From a virus: DNA of 64,000 nucleotides. The first letter of the stretch is position 1. Every line of letters begins with the position of its first letter. Shown here in pieces: positions 46,901-53,442 of this stretch. Below the pieces are notes generated by a model. The model was not told where the DNA came from. It ran no database searches and saw only the letters and a list, made by a program, of their open reading frames with translations. The position numbers were made by a program, and so were the translations under genes. The stretch lies in IMG/VR virus record IMGVR_UViG_3300027967_000093. One strand, 5' to 3'.

Positions 46901-48776
46901 ACGTGTCTTGCCGGCCTCCACTCGTACTAGTACTGCGACCGGAGATTATACTAGGGTTTCTACTCGTACTAGTACTGCGACCGGAACTTATACTCGTGCA
47001 CGTGCGTCTACGTTATATTACACAGGCAACTATACTCGTACATTATATTACGTAGGCGACTACACTCGCACATTGTATTATGTTGGTAACTATACTCGTA
47101 CACTGTATTACGTAGGTGACTATACGCGCAACTCTACTCGTGTTTCTACGGCAACAGTGTATTATACCCGTACCGGATACTATGCAGGTGACTTTACTGG
47201 TAACTATACTAGATTAGGTTATTATGCAGGAGAATTTGTCGGTGATTATACACGTACCGGATACTATGCAGGAAACTTCATAGGTGATTATTCTCGTGCG
47301 TTCGCTGGTAATTACTCAAGAACTCGTAACTCGGCATACGCACGTATATCAACACGTACTCGTTATTCTGCATATGCTCGTACTCGTATTACTGACTCTA
47401 CAAGGACTAGAGTATCTGCTTACGCTGCGGACTACACTCGCAGCCGTTCTTCTGCATATACTAGAGTATCAAGTAGAACAAGATTTTCTGCGTACACTCG
47501 TGACAGATTACAGACCTTTACTGGTAACTTTACACGTGACCGAGTGACAAACTATGCGGGTAACTTTATTGGAAACTATGCACGTACCTTTGTAGGGAAC
47601 TATACCGGAGATTACACTCGAGATTTCGCAGGAAATTATGTCGGGGATTTCATTGGAGAATACGCACGTACATCAACACGTACTCGTTTCTCTGCGTACA
47701 CCCGTGACCGTATTTCTACTTACTCAAGGAATCGTGTGTCTGCATACGCTAGAACTCGTATAACCGATTATATTGCAAACTATGTGGGTAACTACTCAAG
47801 AACATTTACTGGTAACTATACTCGTAATAGTACCGCAGTTTTTGCAGGTAACTTTGTAGGTAATTACTCACGTGACTTTGCAGGTGAATACACTAGAGTA
47901 TCAACCAGAACTTCTACTCGTGACTTTGTGGGTGACTATACTCGTGACTTCACTGGTAACTATGCAAGAACTCGTATAACCGATTATATTGCAAACTATG
48001 TTGGTAATTATTCTCGCAACTTTGCAGGAAACTATACCAGAGACTTTGGTGGAAATTATGTGGGTGATTATACCCGAGACTTTGCAGGTGAATACACTCG
48101 CAACAGTACAGTAGATTTCGCAGGTAATTTCGTAGGTAATTACAGTAGAAACTTTGCAGGTAACTACGCCAGAGACTTTGCCGGTAATTATGTTGGCGAT
48201 TACACCCGAGACTTTGCAGGTGAATATTCAAGAGACCGACAAACCGACTTTATTGGAGAGTACACTGGTAACTTCGCAAGAGACTTTGCGGGTAACTATA
48301 CCAGAACTTTCGTAGGTGATTTTACTGGCAACTATACTCGTGGATTCCTTGGTGAATATACGCGTGACTCTCTGCAAGACTTTACTGGTAACTTTGTTGG
48401 GAACTACTCACGTGACTTTGCAGGAGAATATACAAGGGTTCGTGTATCCAACTATGTTGGGGACTTCACTGGTAACTACAGCCGAGACTTCATTGGTGAG
48501 TATACACGAACGTCTACTCGTACTTCTACTAGAACTCGTGTATCAACATTTAGTAGAACTAGAACTTCTGCGTATTCTGCGGACTATACACGTAATCGCG
48601 TAACTGATTTCACCGGAGACTTCTCAGGAAATTATTCTCGCAACTTTGCAGGTAATTATTCTAGGTCGTTTATCGGCAATTATTCTCGTGACTTTGTAGG
48701 GAACTATGTTGGTACCACACTAGACTCGGGAACTGAGGTTATTGAAACCTATACACTTTATGTAAGAACTGCATAA
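43929..48776 (+). CDS. Self-complementary repeat (hairpin) fibre-like protein B, 1615 aa (GTG start)
   Basis: Paralogous N-domain (PLK...G.LQ..T.SE.NY.AY.AGL; RIA.SDYPG; GSY.LR.S.QG.P) and identical C-terminus ETYTLYVRTA. Confidence 0.8.
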   Translation: MAASDIPLKSYGVNGDLQEVTPSEENYLAYRAGLHISTSQGTDEGDLTLTNSGHSVGQFVDTYFNQADGTHPATSITSGSTTTTLYQRDGTAPYNGLDYLRPIGYNTSGDVGFHEFTDSDMDTLCTRLNARIAVSDYPGTYYLGTSAPSADYSVDIADVYTDTVGNGTSTTYNIYQRDTMTAPTTVRPIGIKYSGGSYDGLIELNDAQINYTLGQHCRTLRGKDGAIGSYQLRSSAQGVPVSPGTWASKGTATNTKRTTSEVAYTRTRSSSYTRDRSSTYARTRNSIYTRNSTAVFAGDFVGNYVGDYTRDFAGNYARDFAGNYAGEYVGNYSRTRTSAFTRNSTDTFTRDFTGNYARTRVSTYTRDSLNIFTGNFIGNYTRTRISAYSRNSTRNRISAYSRTRTSTYTTVFSGNYIGNFIGDYTRTRVSNYAGTYTRTRNSAYTRTRVSAYTRDRVTDFTGDYIGDYARTRVSAYSRTSTRTRTSAYSRTRSSTYTRDRTSTFTGDFVGNYSRNRNSAYTRTRVSNYAGDFTGNYSRTRVSAYTRDRVTNFTGDFIGNYTRGRISTYTRDRLQTFTGDFVGNYSRTFIGDYSRTFIGNYSRAFAGDYVGNYARTRVTDSTRTRNSNYTRASTRNRSSAYSRDRVTDFAGNFVGNYTRDFVGNFVGNYSRGFAGEYTGNYARSFLGNYTGNYTRGFLGNYVGDFVGNYARGYGGNFTGNYARGFVGNYGRTRNSAYTRDSTRTSTRVLNYQRISTRTSTRVFDYTRISTRTSTLTLSYSRVVSYSGDFTGNYTRTRTAVGDYTRTRTATGTYTRTRTATGDYTRARAEGVTYTGNYTRTLYYAGDFTGNYTRTLYYVGNFTPTADYTRVSTAIAYYTGNYTRTGYYVRYSISGGTYVGNYTRVLLFARSPPSDPYAIEYYTKTSAYTRTRSGTTSYIGNYTRTLDYTRVRTPTLYYLGNYVGASDGTAEYTRSRAGGTVEGQTIYYVGNYSRVLPASTRTSTATGDYTRVSTRTSTATGTYTRARASTLYYTGNYTRTLYYVGDYTRTLYYVGNYTRTLYYVGDYTRNSTRVSTATVYYTRTGYYAGDFTGNYTRLGYYAGEFVGDYTRTGYYAGNFIGDYSRAFAGNYSRTRNSAYARISTRTRYSAYARTRITDSTRTRVSAYAADYTRSRSSAYTRVSSRTRFSAYTRDRLQTFTGNFTRDRVTNYAGNFIGNYARTFVGNYTGDYTRDFAGNYVGDFIGEYARTSTRTRFSAYTRDRISTYSRNRVSAYARTRITDYIANYVGNYSRTFTGNYTRNSTAVFAGNFVGNYSRDFAGEYTRVSTRTSTRDFVGDYTRDFTGNYARTRITDYIANYVGNYSRNFAGNYTRDFGGNYVGDYTRDFAGEYTRNSTVDFAGNFVGNYSRNFAGNYARDFAGNYVGDYTRDFAGEYSRDRQTDFIGEYTGNFARDFAGNYTRTFVGDFTGNYTRGFLGEYTRDSLQDFTGNFVGNYSRDFAGEYTRVRVSNYVGDFTGNYSRDFIGEYTRTSTRTSTRTRVSTFSRTRTSAYSADYTRNRVTDFTGDFSGNYSRNFAGNYSRSFIGNYSRDFVGNYVGTTLDSGTEVIETYTLYVRTA
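44721..48707 (+). repeat. Coding degenerate tetra/hexapeptide repeat
   Basis: Outer arms 44721-46160 and 47268-48707 (1440 nt each); inner arms 46161-46508 and 46920-47267 (348 nt each). Confidence 0.9.
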
Positions 48777-48778
48777 AA

Positions 48779-48811
48779 ACCCTTGACAACAAGGGTGATA
48801 TATAGTATTAT
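48779..48811 (+). promoter_or_regulatory. Sigma70 promoter whose -35 lies in a hairpin
   Basis: TTGACA(48783)-17 bp-TATTAT(48806); ACCCTTG-ACAA-CAAGGGT inverted repeat. Confidence 0.6.
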
Positions 48812-48841
48812 AAAATTTAATATATCATAGGAGAATGATGA

Positions 48842-49306
48842 ATGAGTTTTAAACGATGGATGGATAATGCATTTTGGGAAAATCCTGAGAAATCCAAAGT
48901 CAATTGTATCCTTGAGATGGAAGATGATATTGGTCGTCAAACCAAACAAGTGATGTTATTGAGTCGTCTTAATAAAGACGGTAGTGAAAATGAAATGTTC
49001 GCTGAAGTTGTGGGTGCACTAGGTGAAGAATCTATTGACCGAAATACCGAAGACCGTAAAGTTCGGAAAGCTGCAGAAATCGAAGAACGTAAACAACGTG
49101 ACACCGAACATGCACGTGCACGTAAACTCGAAGAACTTTTTAACTACAAACTAGAAGTCTTTGAGACAGAAGAGATTAAAAATTCCAAGAACCGGAAGTT
49201 AAAGGCAAAACTTAGACGCGCAAAATCTAAAGTTGAAGTTAACCTATATGCAATGATGTTGTTACAAGAAGCACTTGAGGCGAATGAGAATGTCGGAGAA
49301 GAGTAG
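48842..49306 (+). CDS. Hypothetical protein, possible fibre assembly chaperone
   Basis: NAFWENPEKSKVNCILE recalls tail-fibre-assembly protein N-termini; charged helical C-half; directly after fibre genes. Confidence 0.4.
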   Translation: MSFKRWMDNAFWENPEKSKVNCILEMEDDIGRQTKQVMLLSRLNKDGSENEMFAEVVGALGEESIDRNTEDRKVRKAAEIEERKQRDTEHARARKLEELFNYKLEVFETEEIKNSKNRKLKAKLRRAKSKVEVNLYAMMLLQEALEANENVGEE

Positions 49307-50024
49307 AGGTTATGTACTTGTTGCATCTAACAAGATAAACTTCTATCGATATGCAATTAACCTTGCAGAGTCGATTCTAGATTATTATGAAGACGCAAAG
49401 ATTACATTGTTTTGTGAACCATGGATGTTCGAGGAACAACACCGAGAACTATTTGATAATGTCGAATGGTGCAGTAGTCACTATCGTGCTAAACTCGAAG
49501 GTATGGCTCGTTCTCCTTATGACCTGACTATGTACCTCGATGTTGATATGGAATGTGAACACGAAGACATTGCGATATGTTTCGATGAACTGGAGAGACG
49601 CGAAGAGGATATTCTATTCTCTGAACTCACAGATGACCGCGAGTATGTCTATGCAGAACGTCAGTTTGATACACCTGAAGGTAAGACTAAATTTACCTTG
49701 TGTGGGGGTGTCGCTCTATACGACATGACTAAACCTATCGTAAGAGAGTTTATGTCTGACTGGGAGATGCTCACTAAAGACCAAATGGATGGTAATTGGT
49801 GGCCTGACGGATACATCGATAGTCTCAAGTCATGGGATCAGTTTAGTCTCTGGTGGTTGACTGAAAGAGAAGATAAATACAAAGACCTCAAGTACGGTAT
49901 ACTTGAAGACGATTTGCGTTGGAACTATTATAACGCATTCAACTGGGCAATCACCAAACCGACTGGCCCTGTTGTTATTCGACACTACTCTTGTGGTTTA
50001 GATAAAGACGGATATATCATATGA
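49290..50024 (+). CDS. GT-A fold glycosyltransferase-like
   Basis: RGYVLVA, SPYDLTMYLDVD (DxD), GGV.LY, WDQFSL, RWN, VIRHY. Confidence 0.65.
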   Translation: MSEKSRGYVLVASNKINFYRYAINLAESILDYYEDAKITLFCEPWMFEEQHRELFDNVEWCSSHYRAKLEGMARSPYDLTMYLDVDMECEHEDIAICFDELERREEDILFSELTDDREYVYAERQFDTPEGKTKFTLCGGVALYDMTKPIVREFMSDWEMLTKDQMDGNWWPDGYIDSLKSWDQFSLWWLTEREDKYKDLKYGILEDDLRWNYYNAFNWAITKPTGPVVIRHYSCGLDKDGYII

Positions 50025-50716
50025 GTTATATGCAGGACATCCCTGTTAAGAATAGGGACTTATTAAAAATATTGAATCGATATCGAGACTTCTTGATGAA
50101 GGATGTCGATTCTTTCAAAGAGACATTTCACCTACAATGTCAAGAAGATGCAAGTAATAGACATTACTGGGCAGGTGACACTCACCTACAAGAAATTCTT
50201 GACCAAGGTACTCGACACGAAGGGTTTCCGGATTCTATCTACGGGTACGAACTTGGAGTGCATAGAAAAGACCACGAGTTTTATGAACGTGGTGTGCATC
50301 CATCTATCCGCAAAGACAGGACTGCGGAACTTGCGTGGATGCAACAAGAGATTCTTGGATGGTTGGGAGTAAGACACAATGCACTTACCGCATTCTATCC
50401 ACCTGGCGGTTATATCTCTTGGCACAATAATGCGAACGCCCCCGCATACAATCTAATATTCTCATGGTCAGAGACTGGAGACGGTCAATTTAATTATGTT
50501 GACCCTACCACCAAAGAAGTCGTGGAGATGAAGGATAAACAAGGTTGGAACTGTAAAGCCGCATACTTTGGACATTATGAAGAACCCGAACGACTATTCT
50601 ACCACTCAGCAAAAACTGACTGTTGGAGAGTGACGGTATCATTCATTTTCGATACCTCGGAATTGTCCTCGGTTATCAGAGATGATTTAATCGAAGATAT
50701 AATGTCTGAAGAGTAA
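50021..50716 (+). CDS. 2OG-Fe(II)/cupin-like oxygenase
   Basis: FYPPGGYISWHNN, G.F.Y, distal YH and R.T.S motif. Confidence 0.55.
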   Translation: MSYMQDIPVKNRDLLKILNRYRDFLMKDVDSFKETFHLQCQEDASNRHYWAGDTHLQEILDQGTRHEGFPDSIYGYELGVHRKDHEFYERGVHPSIRKDRTAELAWMQQEILGWLGVRHNALTAFYPPGGYISWHNNANAPAYNLIFSWSETGDGQFNYVDPTTKEVVEMKDKQGWNCKAAYFGHYEEPERLFYHSAKTDCWRVTVSFIFDTSELSSVIRDDLIEDIMSEE

Positions 50717-50726
50717 TTTTCTGTAT

Positions 50727-50793
50727 TTTCCAGTTTCGAAATCATATAAATAAAACCATAGACACTACATTGGTTTGATGGAAACTGGAAATG
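50727..50793 (+). promoter_or_regulatory. Late promoter (TATAAATA 50745-50752) inside an RBS-sequestering hairpin
   Basis: TTTCCAGTTTC (50727-50737) is complementary to GAAACTGGAAA (50781-50791), which includes the GGA and the A of ATG. Confidence 0.7.
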
Positions 50794-51150
50794 GCAGATT
50801 ACGAAGATTTTACAATTGACCAAGGCGCAGATGTTGCAATCGAATTGCACCTTCAGGAAACTGATGGTTCTAAAAAAGATTTGACAGCACACTCTGCGTC
50901 TGCGAAAATGAAAAGAAGTTACAACTCAGTTGACGATAACGATATCGTAACTTTCACTACTGCAATAACAGATCCTCCCGAAGACGGTATTCTTGTACTC
51001 GCTCTCACCAATGCTGAAACCGATTTACTGAACCCTAGAAACCGATATGTCTATGACGTAGAACTGTCATTTGATGACAGTGATGGAAATACAATCATCG
51101 AAAGAATACTGGAAGGTAAGATTAAAGTCACACCTTCGGTAACAAGGTAA
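50791..51150 (+). CDS. Small virion structural protein (Ig/BppU-N-like)
   Basis: IDQGAD, DLT...A.AKM, YVYDVE, RILEG.I.VTP.VT. Confidence 0.65.
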   Translation: MADYEDFTIDQGADVAIELHLQETDGSKKDLTAHSASAKMKRSYNSVDDNDIVTFTTAITDPPEDGILVLALTNAETDLLNPRNRYVYDVELSFDDSDGNTIIERILEGKIKVTPSVTR

Positions 51151-51154
51151 TCTA

Positions 51155-51379
51155 ATGGCAGTCACGGTATCCCTCAGAGGAAAAACGAAAGTAAAACGCG
51201 TTGTTGTTGGTAAACCAATAAGACGTATCAACACTACACAAGGTAATATCAACAATCTTGCAGGAGTGGATACTTCAGGAGTAACTGATGGTGCTATTTT
51301 AGTTTATAACGAATCCACAGAAAATTTCGAAGCGACACCCACATTAAACAATCAAGAAGTTAACGGAGGCCAATACTAA
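51155..51379 (+). CDS. Small fibre-associated protein
   Basis: L.GVD....DGA.LVYN.....F; ends NGGQY. Confidence 0.55.
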   Translation: MAVTVSLRGKTKVKRVVVGKPIRRINTTQGNINNLAGVDTSGVTDGAILVYNESTENFEATPTLNNQEVNGGQY

Positions 51380-53382
51380 TGGCATCATTATTAAGAATAA
51401 AAAGATCGGGAACTGCGGGAGACCCGACCACACTTGGTCAAGGTGAATTAGCATATTCATACTTAACCGATAATGGTTCCAATGGTGGTGACCGATTATA
51501 TATTGGTACTGGTACTGAAATCGCAGGTAATGCAGTTAATCACGAAGTCATTGGTGGTAAATTCTTCACCAGTATGTTAGACCATGCGAAAGGTACACTG
51601 ACCCCGAACAGTGCACTTATCGTAGACGCTAGTAGTAAAATTGATACTATTAATGTTGGTAGTAGCAACTTCATCACACTTTCAGATGGCACAATTACCT
51701 CTGTTAGTGGATTGACCTTTGACACCAACGGTAACGAAATTGACTTTGGTAATGTGGGACTTCATGGTGTCGCAACTCCTACTCACGATTCTGATGCTGC
51801 GAACAAGGCATATGTTGATGCACTTGCCGCAGAATTCCTCGCAACCGCAGCTGCGGATAATGGTTCGTTTACCTTTATTCCTTCGATAGAGTTTATCACT
51901 TATGCCGGTGGTAATGCGATTACTACCATTGCAGACAGTGGTACCAATACAATCACCTTTGACTTAGATGTCACAGGTGTGACCGCAGGAACATACGGTT
52001 CACAAACCGCAATCCCATCATTCACGGTTGACTCTGATGGTCGATTGACTGCTGCGTCCGAAGTTAGTGTTGCAACCAACCTGACTATTAACAGTGACCC
52101 AATCAGTCTCCTAGATTCAGATGTAACCTTTACCGCAACAGGTAATGGTTTAACTCTTACTTACACCAGTTCTACTAACACGATTGATTATGCAATCGAT
52201 GATGCGACCACTTCTTCGAAGGGTGTTGCACAATTCCTTAGTGCAGACTTTGGTGTATCTTCGGGTGAAGTATCCCTGAATGATGCGGTACTAAAAGGTA
52301 TCAGCACTGATTCTGGTGATGTAACTCCGGTAACCCATGCATTAACTATCGGTGGTAACTCAGTACAGGGTATCGTCACAGAAGGAACTGGTTCGACTAT
52401 AACTGTCGATGCATTGAATGCAACTTACACCCAACGTGGTGTTGCCAAATTCCAGTCTGCGGACTTCACACTTAACTCGGGTGATGTAAGTCTTGATTCT
52501 GCGGTAGTTAAACAAATCACTACCGATGACGGTAATGTTCCTATCACTGGTCACATGATATCTATCCTTGGTGGAGAAGGTATCAATGTAAACCATGCAG
52601 GTACTAACATCTCGGTATCTGGTGAAGATGCAGACGGTAACAACAAAGGTATTGCGTCTTTCGAAGACACTGACTTCACAATCTCGAATGGTCATGTAAG
52701 TCTGAAGGCTGGGTCTGTTGCAAATGCTGACCTCGTCAATGATGATATAACTATTGGCGATAATGCGGTTGCACTTGGTGCGACTGTTACTGACCTTACC
52801 GGACTTACTGGTGCGACTGTAGATAACATCCGTATTGACGGTAATAAGATATCTACTAATACTGCAACTAATGTACTTGTACTTGACCCTAAGAGTGGAG
52901 ACTCAAACGGTGGACAGGTTCTTGTACTGGGTGACCTTGTTGTACAGGGTACTCAAACAATCATTAACTCGACCACTATGTCGATTAATGACCTTAATCT
53001 TGTCCTTGCAGATAGTGCCGCAGATGCGACTGCTGCGAATGGTGCAGGTATTACGGTCAATGGTGCGGCTGCGACAATTACATACTCTGTTGCAGGAGAC
53101 AAGTGGAACACCAATAAAGACTTAGATGTTGGTGGTGAGATTTACCGTAATGGCGTGGTTCTTAGTGAATATATCGAAGACCACCTTGGTAACAGTTTCT
53201 TTGCCGCAGGTGAAGGACTTGATATCACATACGGTTCTTCACAGGACAGTGATAACACTATTGTATTCGCTGCCGAGATTGCAAGTTATTCCAACAAAGG
53301 TGTTGCGTCTTTTGATTCAGACCAATTCACCGTGACATCTGGGTTCGCGACTATCTCGACCCTTGATGGCGGAACATACTAA
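51379..53382 (+). CDS. Tail fibre protein
   Basis: IKRS....P..L.QGELAY N-domain, DAANKAYVD, A....KG(V/I)A.F repeats, ends DGGTY. Confidence 0.8.
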   Translation: MASLLRIKRSGTAGDPTTLGQGELAYSYLTDNGSNGGDRLYIGTGTEIAGNAVNHEVIGGKFFTSMLDHAKGTLTPNSALIVDASSKIDTINVGSSNFITLSDGTITSVSGLTFDTNGNEIDFGNVGLHGVATPTHDSDAANKAYVDALAAEFLATAAADNGSFTFIPSIEFITYAGGNAITTIADSGTNTITFDLDVTGVTAGTYGSQTAIPSFTVDSDGRLTAASEVSVATNLTINSDPISLLDSDVTFTATGNGLTLTYTSSTNTIDYAIDDATTSSKGVAQFLSADFGVSSGEVSLNDAVLKGISTDSGDVTPVTHALTIGGNSVQGIVTEGTGSTITVDALNATYTQRGVAKFQSADFTLNSGDVSLDSAVVKQITTDDGNVPITGHMISILGGEGINVNHAGTNISVSGEDADGNNKGIASFEDTDFTISNGHVSLKAGSVANADLVNDDITIGDNAVALGATVTDLTGLTGATVDNIRIDGNKISTNTATNVLVLDPKSGDSNGGQVLVLGDLVVQGTQTIINSTTMSINDLNLVLADSAADATAANGAGITVNGAAATITYSVAGDKWNTNKDLDVGGEIYRNGVVLSEYIEDHLGNSFFAAGEGLDITYGSSQDSDNTIVFAAEIASYSNKGVASFDSDQFTVTSGFATISTLDGGTY

Positions 53383-53395
53383 ATAATAAAACATC

Positions 53396-53415
53396 ACCCC
53401 CTTCTTTAAGGGGGT
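53396..53415 (+). terminator. GC-rich intergenic hairpin (terminator or mRNA stabiliser)
   Basis: ACCCCCTT-CTTT-AAGGGGGT; weak U tail; followed by palindrome TCCAATATTGGA. Confidence 0.5.
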
Positions 53416-53442
53416 TATCCAATATTGGAACGAGGTTGACAA

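Noticed and set aside
41851-48707. CRISPR array or non-coding satellite
   Set aside because: The repeats are degenerate at third codon positions, in frame in long ORFs, and have no constant repeat/unique spacer structure.
41851-48707. DNA inverted repeat or RNA hairpin as the cause of the arm symmetry
   Set aside because: Paired words are not reverse complements in DNA. For example ACTCGTACTCGT (TRTR) versus GCAGGTAACTAT (AGNY); the complementarity is only at the amino-acid level.
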